Below are positions 26,662 through 35,437 of a stretch of DNA of 64,000 nt, one piece after another. Source of the DNA: Alistipes shahii (lineage in GTDB: Bacteria; Bacillota_I; Bacilli_A; RFN20; CAG-826); NCBI GenBank assembly GCA_963598795.1, contig CAVBUY010000002.1, positions 700-64,699 on the forward strand. The letters are read 5' to 3'. Position numbers and translations under genes: made by a program. Under the pieces are notes generated by a model. That model worked only from the letters and a program-made list of their open reading frames with translations. It was not told where the DNA came from and did not search any database. Every line of letters begins with the position of its first letter. The stretch's first letter is position 1.

Positions 26662-26736
26662 GGATGCTTAGCTCAGCGGGAGAGCATCGCCCTTACAAGG
26701 CGGGGGTCACAGGTTCGAACCCTGTAGCATCCACCA
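26662..26736 (+). tRNA. tRNA-Val(UAC), CCA encoded
   Basis: Hand fold: GGATGCT/AGCATCC acceptor, anticodon stem TCGCC/GGCGG, loop CTTACAA, T-arm ACAGG-TTCGAAC-CCTGT. Confidence 0.9.
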
Positions 26737-26771
26737 ATAGCCTTAATAGCGTGCGGTGACCTTAAATCAGT

Positions 26772-26855
26772 GGGTGAATAGCGAAGTGGCCAAACGCGGC
26801 TGACTGTAAATCAGCTCCTCAGGGTTCGGTGGTTCAAATCCATCTTCACCCACCA
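26772..26855 (+). tRNA. tRNA-Tyr(GUA), CCA encoded
   Basis: GGGTGAA/TTCACCC acceptor, anticodon stem GCTGA/TCAGC, loop CTGTAAA, long variable arm. Confidence 0.9.
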
Positions 26856-26865
26856 TTTATTTTAT

Positions 26866-26940
26866 TGGGGTGTAGCCAAGCGGTAAGGCAACAGACTTTG
26901 ACTCTGTCATGCACTGGTCCGATCCCAGTCACCCCAGCCA
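26866..26940 (+). tRNA. tRNA-Gln(UUG), CCA encoded, unusual T-loop (TCCGATC)
   Basis: TGGGGTG/CACCCCA acceptor, anticodon stem ACAGA/TCTGT, loop CTTTGAC, T-arm ACTGG-TCCGATC-CCAGT. Confidence 0.85.
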
Positions 26941-26946
26941 GCCTTC

Positions 26947-27021
26947 CTCCCGTTAGCTCAGTGGTAGAGCACTTGACTTTTAATCAAGGGGTCGACAGTT
27001 CGAGCCTGTCACGGGAGACCA
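26947..27021 (+). tRNA. tRNA-Lys(UUU), CCA encoded
   Basis: CTCCCGT/ACGGGAG acceptor, anticodon stem CTTGA/TCAAG, loop CTTTTAA, T-arm GACAG-TTCGAGC-CTGTC. Confidence 0.9.
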
Positions 27022-27024
27022 ATC

Positions 27025-27111
27025 GCCCGAGTGGTGGAATGGTAGACGCAGAGGACTTAAAATCCTCCGGATGCGTAATCCGTACCGGTTCGAGTCCGGT
27101 CTTGGGCACCA
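27025..27111 (+). tRNA. tRNA-Leu(UAA), CCA encoded
   Basis: GCCCGAG/CTTGGGC acceptor, anticodon stem GAGGA/TCCTC, loop CTTAAAA, long variable arm, T-arm CCGG-TTCGAGT-CCGG. Confidence 0.9.
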
Positions 27112-27250
27112 AAAAGATTCAACAAGCCGACTTTCTTAAGCCGGTTTTTTATTTCGCTGTTTATGAAACTCAAACGCAGCGAAACTCGCATTTCCTCGAA
27201 CTAAAAAGCCATCTCGAAATCATATAAACGAGATGGCAAATGAAATTCGC

Positions 27251-28153
27251 TTAAAACCTACTTGATGGATATTCGCCTTTTTCGACCAATTCTTTTAGAG
27301 AAGATTCAACCTCCCCTAAGTCTTCTTTGTAAGTTACGCCATGCCAGATTGAATCGGTTCTAATAACTTTGCAAACGGCTTTCTTTTCTTTTAATAGTTC
27401 GCTCATAACGTCGGTAGTCAGATATTCGGCGGTGAGCAAATCGTTGTTTTTATCGCTTAAAAACTTAGGAAGCCCTTTAGTAAAGACATCCAAAATATCT
27501 TTGGTGTATACAAATAAGTTCATCGAGACCAAAGTGTCCAAACTTATCTTTTTGAAATCCTTGCTGTTTAAGGGGCAGGCGTAAATGTCGTTTCCCCTCC
27601 ATTCGACGTTGGATTCCGTGACGCTTATGAGGTTTTTCTCATTATCGAAATTGAGTACCCCGCGTTTGACTCCACCGGTTTTAGATAGGGTGTTTTTGGC
27701 CAAATACGCCACGTTGGCGTGCTGGCCTTTTGCGTTTTCATCAAGGGACTTTAAATAAGAAGCGGCTTGTTTAAAAGCGTCGGATCCATAAAAATCGTCG
27801 GCGTTTATGATGGCGAAATTGCCTTTGATGACCTCTTTTGCGCAATATAAGGCATGCGCCGTCCCCAATGGTTTGACTCTTTCTTTCGGGACGGAATATC
27901 CTTTAGGGAGCTTATTTAAAGACTGATAGGCATAAGCCACCTCAATATAAGGGGAAACGCGTTTACCAACCGTTTCCTCGAATTCTTCCTTTATCTCTTC
28001 TTTGATAATGAAAACAACTCGGTCGAATCCGGCTTTTATAGCATCATAAATCGAATAGTCGATGATGAAATTGCCTTTGTCATCCACCGGTTGTATTTGC
28101 TTCAATCCGCCGAATCTCGAACCCATCCCGGCGGCCAAAATAACCAAATCCAT
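27251..28153 (-). CDS. sugar-phosphate nucleotidyltransferase (NTP_transferase fold)
   Basis: MDLVILAAGMGSRFGGLKQ (GxGxR signature). 300 aa; substrate not inferable. Confidence 0.65.
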   Translation of the reverse strand: MDLVILAAGMGSRFGGLKQIQPVDDKGNFIIDYSIYDAIKAGFDRVVFIIKEEIKEEFEETVGKRVSPYIEVAYAYQSLNKLPKGYSVPKERVKPLGTAHALYCAKEVIKGNFAIINADDFYGSDAFKQAASYLKSLDENAKGQHANVAYLAKNTLSKTGGVKRGVLNFDNEKNLISVTESNVEWRGNDIYACPLNSKDFKKISLDTLVSMNLFVYTKDILDVFTKGLPKFLSDKNNDLLTAEYLTTDVMSELLKEKKAVCKVIRTDSIWHGVTYKEDLGEVESSLKELVEKGEYPSSRF

Positions 28154-28163
28154 AATATTCTCC

Positions 28164-28940
28164 TCAATCCGCGTCGCACATCTTCTTGGCTTGTTTCATC
28201 CAAATCCTCATCGAGGTTTTCTCGGGGATTATCTTTTGAATCCTAACTAAGGACCTAACCATGAAACGATTGATGGAATAGACCTTCTTTTTCTTAGCGT
28301 CCTTATAGGCTCTGGCCACCACCTCTTCTTTGGTGGAGGTCATCTTGTCCCACTTATAGTCTTTGCCGTTATCGAAATCTTTTAGCATGTCGGTTTTAAT
28401 CCAATAAGGGGTGACCGCCATAACGTGGATGCCTTTCTTTTTATATTCGTAATGAAGGGCGGCGCTCCAAGAATTGACGAAAGCCTTCCCCGCCGCGTAA
28501 ACCGCCAAATAAGGAAGGGGCTGCCTCCCGGCTTGGGAACCGGTGTTTATAAGGTGGGAGCCTTCTTTCATATGCTTTAAGGCATAATAGCTAAGCACCG
28601 CTACGGCTTCCACGTTCAAATGGATCGATGAGCGGATATTTCCTACCGTTTCTTTCTCCATAGAACAGGTTTTCCCCATCCCGGCATTATTTATCATCCA
28701 AACGATGTTAACGTCGTTTTCATTCCATTTTTGTTCCAATAGATCCAAAGATTCCGGCTTGGTGAGGTCTAAGGAAATTGGGACCACTTTGTCAGGATAT
28801 TCCTTGGCCAATTCGTCCAAGAGATCCTTTCTTCTAGCAACGGCCCAAATCTCATCTAAGTCTTCCTTAGATAATACTTTGACCCATTCTCTGCCCAGAC
28901 CGCTGGACGCCCCGGTAACCACCGCGATTCTCTTTCCCAT
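28164..28940 (-). CDS. SDR-family oxidoreductase
   Basis: Likely start MGKRIAVVTGASSGLG (28940). NNAG, and YAAGKAF (YxxxK). Confidence 0.8.
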   Translation of the reverse strand: MGKRIAVVTGASSGLGREWVKVLSKEDLDEIWAVARRKDLLDELAKEYPDKVVPISLDLTKPESLDLLEQKWNENDVNIVWMINNAGMGKTCSMEKETVGNIRSSIHLNVEAVAVLSYYALKHMKEGSHLINTGSQAGRQPLPYLAVYAAGKAFVNSWSAALHYEYKKKGIHVMAVTPYWIKTDMLKDFDNGKDYKWDKMTSTKEEVVARAYKDAKKKKVYSINRFMVRSLVRIQKIIPEKTSMRIWMKQAKKMCDAD

Positions 28941-29036
28941 AAACGCACCTCTTTCAATTTGGTCCTTAATTATAATTAAGGATAGACTTTTGGGCACAAA
29001 AGGTGAAAATATATTTTTGAAACGAGGAAAACGAAA

Positions 29037-29267
29037 ATGCAATTCACTAAGGCGATAGACAACCTTCCCCGCATCTGGAAATTGGTGCTATGCATCCCTA
29101 TCCTAAACATCGTTTGGGCGATTTGGAGGATTCTTAAATCCGTCGAACACGGGAACATACTCGAATTGATATTGGCGATTTTATGGATAATCGCCGGCTG
29201 CACCATCCTTTGGATCTTGGACATAGTTTGGATAATTCTCTATAACTATCCGTTCTGGTTCAAATAA
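29037..29267 (+). CDS. small hydrophobic membrane protein
   Basis: 76 aa, two TM segments rich in W/I/L. No family recognised. Confidence 0.45.
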   Translation: MQFTKAIDNLPRIWKLVLCIPILNIVWAIWRILKSVEHGNILELILAILWIIAGCTILWILDIVWIILYNYPFWFK

Positions 29268-29318
29268 GCCGTAAGTAGCCCTTCAAAAGAAGGGTTTTCT
29301 TTTAAAAGGGAGAAACAA

Positions 29319-30806
29319 ATGAAACATTCAAAAACTTTTTTGGCCTTAAAGCCATATCTTGAAAAGAAGAGATTTTTAAGAACGTTGATAAACGTCATCT
29401 ATTACGATTTGGCTACGACTTGCCCCAATGACCAATTGGAATATCAGGGCGAAATGATGAACCATTATGAATCGGAATTGGCTTCAATTTCCTCGGATGA
29501 TGAATTCAAAAGATTGGTTAACGAAGGATTAAACGATAAAACGGCCTCAAAGGAAGAGAAAAGACTCTATGCCTTTTTAAACGAAGAGATAGAGTTAATG
29601 GAGAAGATGCCCTTAAAGGATTACGAAGAATATAGGAAAGCCTGCGCGAAATCAAATCAGATGTGGAGAATTTATCGTCCTAAAAATGATTTCGCTTCTT
29701 GGCTACCTTATTGGGAAGAATGCGTTTCTTGGACGAGAAAAGTGGCTAAATTCAAGATGAAGGAAGGGGTGAAAACCCCTTATGACGCCTTGCTAGATTC
29801 TTATGAGCCTGGCAATGATACGGAATATTTGGACTCATTGTTTAATCCCGTCAAAGCGGCGATTGTTTCTTTGCTCCCTGAAGTTTTGAAACGTGAAAAG
29901 GGCAAAACTTTGCCTTCTTTAGGCGAATACGATGAGGACAAACAAGAAAAATTGTCTTGGGCTTTGCTGGATTTAATTCGCTATAACAAAAACCGCGGGG
30001 CCTTAAGAACCTCCGCCCATCCATTTTCCGCGGATATCGCCAAATACGATTCTAGATTGACCACCAGATATGACGTAAAAGACTGGCGCAACAACGTCTT
30101 CACCACCTTGCATGAAGGAGGGCATTGCCTCGAATTCCAAAACAAAGGCGAGAAAATGTATGAGGACTATTTGGAATATGTCTCTTCCGCGGCTCAATGC
30201 GAGACCCATTCCCGTTTCATTGAAAACATCATCGGACGTTCAAAAGAATTCGCTCCGATATTGAAAGAATATTGCGCCAAATATTTGGACAATGACTTTG
30301 AAAACATGTCGGATGACGACTTTTATTCCCTCTTAAACGAGGTTAAGCCCAATCTCATCCGTTGCGATGCGGACGAACTTACCTACACATTGCATATCAT
30401 AATCCGCTACGAAATCGAAAGAGATCTCATAAACGGATTGATCGAATGCAAGGACGTCCCGGAGATATGGAGAAAGAAATACAAAGATTACCTCTTGATA
30501 GACGTGATAAACGACAAAGACGGATGCATGCAAGACGTTCATTGGACCGACGGTGAATTCGGTTATTTCCCCAGCTATGCTTTGGGAAACCTCTATGGGG
30601 CGATGATATATCAAAAAATGGATAAAGACATAAACGTCAAAAAGAAAATCGAAAGCAAAGATTTCTCTTCAATTCTCAATTGGCTATCCGAAAACGATTA
30701 TTGTTACGATTGGATGAACCCGAGGGAATGGATAAGGCAAATATGCCAAAAAGATCTTGAGCCCACCGCGTTTATAGCATACTTAAAAACAAAATATTCG
30801 GCATAG
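29319..30806 (+). CDS. M32 carboxypeptidase (Taq-type)
   Basis: 495 aa. HEGGHCLE (HExxH), IRCDADELTY.LHIIIRYEIE, DVHWTDGEFGYFPSYALGN. Confidence 0.85.
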   Translation: MKHSKTFLALKPYLEKKRFLRTLINVIYYDLATTCPNDQLEYQGEMMNHYESELASISSDDEFKRLVNEGLNDKTASKEEKRLYAFLNEEIELMEKMPLKDYEEYRKACAKSNQMWRIYRPKNDFASWLPYWEECVSWTRKVAKFKMKEGVKTPYDALLDSYEPGNDTEYLDSLFNPVKAAIVSLLPEVLKREKGKTLPSLGEYDEDKQEKLSWALLDLIRYNKNRGALRTSAHPFSADIAKYDSRLTTRYDVKDWRNNVFTTLHEGGHCLEFQNKGEKMYEDYLEYVSSAAQCETHSRFIENIIGRSKEFAPILKEYCAKYLDNDFENMSDDDFYSLLNEVKPNLIRCDADELTYTLHIIIRYEIERDLINGLIECKDVPEIWRKKYKDYLLIDVINDKDGCMQDVHWTDGEFGYFPSYALGNLYGAMIYQKMDKDINVKKKIESKDFSSILNWLSENDYCYDWMNPREWIRQICQKDLEPTAFIAYLKTKYSA

Positions 30807-30855
30807 CTGAGGCTATCGAGCCTTGTTTAACCTGTCTTTATGTTACGACAAGATT

Positions 30856-30885
30856 AAAAATAGCGGCCGTTTTGCAGCTATTTTT
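30856..30885. terminator. bidirectional-looking hairpin terminator between carboxypeptidase and ATPase genes
   Basis: AAAATAGC-ggccgttttgca-GCTATTTT, flanked by A and T runs. Confidence 0.5.
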
Positions 30886-30921
30886 GAAATTTTAGACTTA
30901 GGATCTATTTGGTAACATCGT

Positions 30922-30950
30922 GTTAGTTTCGAGTCCTACTGCTAGCACCA
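30922..30950 (+). other. tRNA 3'-end-like fragment (T-loop + acceptor + CCA), possible old integration scar
   Basis: GTTAGTTTCGAGTCCTACTGCTAGCACCA: TTCGAGTCC T-loop-like, 7-nt acceptor-like segment, then ACCA. No 5' half, and the T-stem is unpaired. Confidence 0.3.
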
Positions 30951-30997
30951 CCGAAAATAACCACGGGGCTTTTGAAATACTTTTTTAATGCTTCTTC

Positions 30998-32299
30998 TTA
31001 ATTCTTAAGGCACGCCAAAGGAACTACATAGACGCCGTCTTCTCTTCTTTTCGCGACTTTGTTTTTCGTGACGATCATCAAGAAAGCGAGGGATCCCGTT
31101 TTTTCCATGTCAACGTCCTCGGCGATTTTTCTTAGGCTTTTGCTTGCTAAGTCAATGTCTTCTTCGTCTCCGAGTTTTATTTCAATAAGGGCAAAAGAAC
31201 CGTCGGCGAATTGAATGACGGCATCAACTTCCCTGTTTTGCCCATCCCTATATTTATATAATTTGGCATTGTTTGCTTCGGCATAGATGCGAAGATCATG
31301 AATTGCAAGCGACTCAAAGAAGAAGCCAAAAGTCTTCATGTCCTTGAATAATCCTTCCGGGGTCAAATTTAATGCTGCAGCCCCAATGGATGGGTCTATG
31401 AAATGACGCGTGTTTTTGGTTCTAATGGCGGTTTTGTTCCTAAGGTTAGGGTTCCATGCCTCGACCTCGTCTATAACATACAGCGCCCGTAAAGCGGAAA
31501 GGTATTTCGCGAAGACGTCTTTGTTGAAGGTGTCTTCGCTTCCTGCGATGCAGTCCGCTCTCATGGTTTCGTCGCTTGCCATGATTGAGATGTTTCTCGC
31601 ATAGGAGCGGACGACTTTTCGCGCTTTTAGCTCATCCCTTCGCAAAGGTATGCTTTGTAGCGAGAAGATGTCATCGGTTACGAGAATCTCATGGTAATCT
31701 CTAGCTTGCTGCAGGGCTACTTCTTCCTCCTGGCCAATTGCTAACGGCCATCCCCCTCTGCAAATGTAGAAGGCATAGTCATCAATTCCCTTATCGGTCA
31801 CGCTTTCATTGAAAATTCCATTCTTGAGGTCTTTTAAAGAAACCGACCCATTGCTTTCCCCGGTTTCATATAAGGTAAGGGTGCCCATTCTCTTTTTTGT
31901 AAACCGCCCATTCCCTGTGTGAATGAGGCCTTCCATCTTCTTGTCTTCGTTTTCTTTATCCGTCACACTGCCTGTCAATATGAATTGACCAAATTTGGGA
32001 GTTTTGTCTACCTCATATTTGATTTGGTCCCAAATGAATGAAACGTGCTGCCATTCGTCGATTAAAAGAGGTTTTGGCTCTACGTTCAAAAATCGGGACG
32101 GCGAGACTTTTGCGAGGTCTATCAGATCTTGCCTTCCTTCCAAGGGCATAAGGTCAATGATGGTTTTTGCGTGACGCTTCGTCGTTGTGGTTTTCCCACA
32201 CCACTTTGGTCCAACCACAAGCACCGCTCCTTTTGTCTTTAAAGCAAAATCCAGCATATCATCGAATAGTCTTGGGATGTAATTGTCTTCCATATTCAC
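30998..32299 (-). CDS. AAA-type ATPase with C-terminal DUF4143 / PD-(D/E)xK-like domain (COG1373-like)
   Basis: 433 aa. Walker A GPKWCGKTTT, Walker B LLIDEWQ. C-terminal EVDAVIQFADGSFALIEIKLG is a nuclease-like D..E.K. Confidence 0.75.
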   Translation of the reverse strand: MNMEDNYIPRLFDDMLDFALKTKGAVLVVGPKWCGKTTTTKRHAKTIIDLMPLEGRQDLIDLAKVSPSRFLNVEPKPLLIDEWQHVSFIWDQIKYEVDKTPKFGQFILTGSVTDKENEDKKMEGLIHTGNGRFTKKRMGTLTLYETGESNGSVSLKDLKNGIFNESVTDKGIDDYAFYICRGGWPLAIGQEEEVALQQARDYHEILVTDDIFSLQSIPLRRDELKARKVVRSYARNISIMASDETMRADCIAGSEDTFNKDVFAKYLSALRALYVIDEVEAWNPNLRNKTAIRTKNTRHFIDPSIGAAALNLTPEGLFKDMKTFGFFFESLAIHDLRIYAEANNAKLYKYRDGQNREVDAVIQFADGSFALIEIKLGDEEDIDLASKSLRKIAEDVDMEKTGSLAFLMIVTKNKVAKRREDGVYVVPLACLKN

Positions 32300-32339
32300 G
32301 CCTTCCTTGCCTGTATTTTAATCTTAAAATTATCAAATG

Positions 32340-32411
32340 GGAAGAAAATTGAAAAATAAATAGGAGGTTTGAGGTTTTTTAAATAGGAAGAAAATTGAAA
32401 AATAAATAGGA
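32340..32411. repeat. 26-bp perfect direct repeat x2 (46-bp period) just upstream of the ATPase gene; AAATAGGA occurs 3 times
   Basis: GGAAGAAAATTGAAAAATAAATAGGA at 32340-32365 and 32386-32411. Confidence 0.85.
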
Positions 32412-32856
32412 ATTATGTGAAACTCTGTTAGTTGTCAAATGGTCTATTTAGTATTTTTTCGTATTTACGATTTTATTCTAAATAGCATTTCTCTTATCGT
32501 AGCAACTTTCAGAACGTTCTTACTAGTTTAGGCAAAGGATCTAGAATTATTGACTAGGAAAAACAAATATTCACCAGCTTCGAATATATTGTAGTCAAAA
32601 TATAAATAAAGCCGCTAGATTTGTTCTCGAGAAAAAAGGCCATCCACAAAATTGAAGAGGTCGATGTGGCAAAAGATGCCAAGCAATTGAAATCTACTAC
32701 AATGGCATCAGGAAAATCGTCATTTTAAAATGAGCCTAATAAACGAATAAAGCGCAGCCAACTTAATGACTACGCCTTTTCTTTGCTTAGAGCCTTGGCC
32801 ACTTAACCACCAAAGGGAAGCAATGATTTTGCCACTATTTATGATTGGTGCAATCG

Positions 32857-34560
32857 TTAGAACCCGTAGGTCTTTAAAATTTTGGTCAAAGGCTTGACTA
32901 TTTTGGCTAGATTCCCATCTAGGAACGGATCTTTGAGCCCGCAGTTGGATAACAAGGTGCGGAACGGATATTTTCCGCCCATCTTGCAAAGTTTTAGATA
33001 TTTCTTCCAGGCTTTTTCATGATTCTTTCTATCCAACAATAAGAATTGGAAGGCCACGACTTGGGCTAAAGTGTAATCGATGTAATAGAACGGGCATTGG
33101 AAGACATGCATTTGGATTAGCCATCTCTTTCCTTTGAGCAAGAACGGGCAATCTTGTTCGGCTTCAACCTTCCAAGGCGTGTATTTCTCTTCGATATCAT
33201 GCCAAGCCTTGAGCCTTTCCTCTTTGCTGGCGTTAGGGTTATCGTAGACCCAGTGCTGGAATTCGTCCACCGTCACCCCGTAAGGCAAGAATTCGATGGA
33301 ATCGGCAAGGTGCTGATAACGATATTTGTTGGAATTATCAAAGAAGAGATCCATCCATGGCTCGGCGAAGAATTCCATGGACATAGAATGTATTTCGCAT
33401 GACTCCATAGTTGGGGCCCTATATTCGGGAATTTTGATGTTCATGGCGCAATAAGCTTGGAAAGAATGGCCGAATTCATGGGTCAATACGTCCACGTCTC
33501 CGGAAGTCCCGTTGAAATTAGAAAAGATTATCGGGCATTCGTGAACGGGGAAATATTCCATATATCCACCGCCTTGTTTCCCTTCTTCCGCGTCCAAGAA
33601 CATCAAGTGATGCTCATCCATGAAACGGAAGAAATAAGAGGTCTCGGGGGATAATTCGTCATACATCTTTTTGGCTTTTTCCACCTTTTCCGCCGTGCTG
33701 CCGTTGGGGATTGGATTTCCGTCCGCGAACATTGTATTCAAATCATAGACATGCGGGGTCTTGACCTTGCATCTCTTATATTGCTCTTTGATCAATTTGG
33801 CACATATCGGGGTTACGACATCTTTAATTTGGTCCCTGTAATTTTTGACGTCTTCCGGGGTGTAATCAAAACGCCTCATGCGAAGGTAGGCTAATTCCGT
33901 ATAAGAATTAAAACCAAGTTTTTTCGCCATCTCGGTGCGGACTTTCACCATCTCGTCGAAGAGGTCTTCCAGTCCTTTGGTGTTTTCATCCAAATACGTA
34001 TAGAAGACTTCGCTGGCTTTCTTTCTCACTTCTTTATCGGGGGAAGAAAGGAATTTGCCCATTTGGGAGATGTTGTAGTTCTTCCCTTCGTAGGGAATAA
34101 ATAAGGCCGCGACCATTTGGCCGTATTTGGATTGCAATTCGTTTTCCTTTTGGAGTTCTTCGGTTATTATCGGGTCGAAGGTTTTTAAATTGTCCTCGCT
34201 CATCTTAAAGAGGAATTTGCCGAGTTTTTCCTCTAGATAGGGACGGAACTTGGAATTTAGCATGGCTTTGTCGAATTCAATGCTGGCATTGGTGATCAAA
34301 GGCATGCCGTTATCGACGATGTTGACGGCTTTTTGGCGTTCCTTGATTCTGGTATCCAAAGTATAAAGCACCTGCACATGGCAGAATTCGTCGCGGACCT
34401 TATCCATGTATTTGGCCATGGATTTATAGGCTTTGAGGGCCTCATTTTCATTTTCGGCGTTCTTAAAGGCCTCAGTTCTCTTTTCGATGTTATTCACTAT
34501 GGATTTGATGTTTGGCTTTTTGAATTTCCAATCTTCGAATTTTGCTAGTTCTTTTTTCAT
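32857..34560 (-). CDS. pepF: M3B oligoendopeptidase (PepF-like)
   Basis: 567 aa. LTHEFGHSF (HExxH) and overall M3B layout. Confidence 0.8.
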   Translation of the reverse strand: MKKELAKFEDWKFKKPNIKSIVNNIEKRTEAFKNAENENEALKAYKSMAKYMDKVRDEFCHVQVLYTLDTRIKERQKAVNIVDNGMPLITNASIEFDKAMLNSKFRPYLEEKLGKFLFKMSEDNLKTFDPIITEELQKENELQSKYGQMVAALFIPYEGKNYNISQMGKFLSSPDKEVRKKASEVFYTYLDENTKGLEDLFDEMVKVRTEMAKKLGFNSYTELAYLRMRRFDYTPEDVKNYRDQIKDVVTPICAKLIKEQYKRCKVKTPHVYDLNTMFADGNPIPNGSTAEKVEKAKKMYDELSPETSYFFRFMDEHHLMFLDAEEGKQGGGYMEYFPVHECPIIFSNFNGTSGDVDVLTHEFGHSFQAYCAMNIKIPEYRAPTMESCEIHSMSMEFFAEPWMDLFFDNSNKYRYQHLADSIEFLPYGVTVDEFQHWVYDNPNASKEERLKAWHDIEEKYTPWKVEAEQDCPFLLKGKRWLIQMHVFQCPFYYIDYTLAQVVAFQFLLLDRKNHEKAWKKYLKLCKMGGKYPFRTLLSNCGLKDPFLDGNLAKIVKPLTKILKTYGF

Positions 34561-34913
34561 TCTCTTACCTCCAATACATTGCTTTGTTTAGCTTTGTGTT
34601 TACGCCACTTGATGGGCGTTACCTCCTTTATGCCTTTCTCGGTCAGATCCAAGATATAATCGTTTATCTCTTCGCGATAGACGTTCTTTATGAATCCATA
34701 TCTTATAAGCATATTGATTCTTGAAGAAAACGCCCGTTTGGAGAGATTGACGTAATGGCCGTAGCAATCCAAGGTCTTTACCCTATCATCGGAATTGCTT
34801 CCAACTAAGATCTCTCTCAAACCCGTTTTGTTGGTGCATAGCCCGTTTTCCTTCAATAATGACAAGGCGCTTAATATGACCTTATGAGAAGAGGCAAAGC
34901 TAAACTCTTTCAT
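34557..34913 (-). CDS. stand-alone RQC-like winged-helix DNA-binding protein
   Basis: 118 aa. ILVGSNSDDRVKTLDCYGHYVNLSKRAFSSRINMLIRYGFI...LDLTEKG resembles the RecQ C-terminal (RQC) wHTH pattern. 4-nt overlap with the pepF start. Confidence 0.45.
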   Translation of the reverse strand: MKEFSFASSHKVILSALSLLKENGLCTNKTGLREILVGSNSDDRVKTLDCYGHYVNLSKRAFSSRINMLIRYGFIKNVYREEINDYILDLTEKGIKEVTPIKWRKHKAKQSNVLEVRE

Positions 34914-35002
34914 GGCTATCTATACTAAACAAAAGAGGCAATAATTGCACTCAAAATGCGTGTTTCTTGCTCTTATAGACCAACAAGTCTAGAATATGCC
35001 CT

Positions 35003-35290
35003 ATGGATGAAACCTACGAACAAGTTGAAACTGTATTAGAAAAAATAAGACCATTCTTAAAAAGGGATGGCGGGGACATAGAACTCATCGGAGTCAAAGA
35101 CGGGATAGTTTACGTTAAGATGACGGGGGCGTGCGATGGATGTTCTTATGCGATGGAAGATATAGCCTCCGGTGTGGATCTTATCATCTGCGAGGAAGTC
35201 CCAGGCATAATCGGCGTCGAAGGATCGGAAAATATCCCCGAAGACGTGATGAACGAATATCTCGAAAGAAAGAACACGAAGAAAAACTAA
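35003..35290 (+). CDS. NifU-like (Nfu C-terminal domain) Fe-S cluster protein
   Basis: VLEKIRPFLKRDGGDIELIGV.DGIVYVKMTGACDGC. Confidence 0.8.
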   Translation: MDETYEQVETVLEKIRPFLKRDGGDIELIGVKDGIVYVKMTGACDGCSYAMEDIASGVDLIICEEVPGIIGVEGSENIPEDVMNEYLERKNTKKN

Positions 35291-35318
35291 AACCCGGCAA
35301 AATGTGCTGGGTTTTCTT
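35291..35318 (+). terminator. intrinsic terminator after nifU-like gene
   Basis: AACCCGGC-aaaatgt-GCTGGGTT (1 mismatch) followed by TTCTTT. Confidence 0.45.
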
Positions 35319-35437
35319 TGATTGGTAGCAAACCAATAATCGTTTTTTTAAATATCCTATGCCGATATTGATAATTTCCTATCGGCCGCAAATAAAAAGC
35401 CGCCGGAGAGTTAGCCCCGACGACCATTAATCATTTA

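Noticed and set aside
27112-27160. Terminator after the tRNA cluster
   Set aside because: The segment AAGCCGACTTTCTTAAGCCGGTTTTTT contains a direct (AAGCCG) repeat rather than a clean inverted one. Only a weak stem can be drawn, so it is not reported as a feature.
26829-27227. 132-aa ORF across the tRNA cluster
   Set aside because: It is composed of tRNA-Tyr, Gln, Lys and Leu sequence read as protein and is not coding.
32340-32411. Could the 26-bp repeats be a mini-CRISPR array?
   Set aside because: There are only two copies, they are very AT-rich with a 20-nt spacer that itself contains part of the repeat (AAATAGGA), and no cas genes are present. An operator- or iteron-like element of the ATPase promoter fits better.
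32412-32856. Possible decayed gene or small ORF (40 codons ending ...KSTTMASGKSSF at about 32720) in the long non-coding stretch
   Set aside because: There is no RBS and no recognisable domain, and the stretch is too short to evaluate by eye. It is reported only as part of the island finding.
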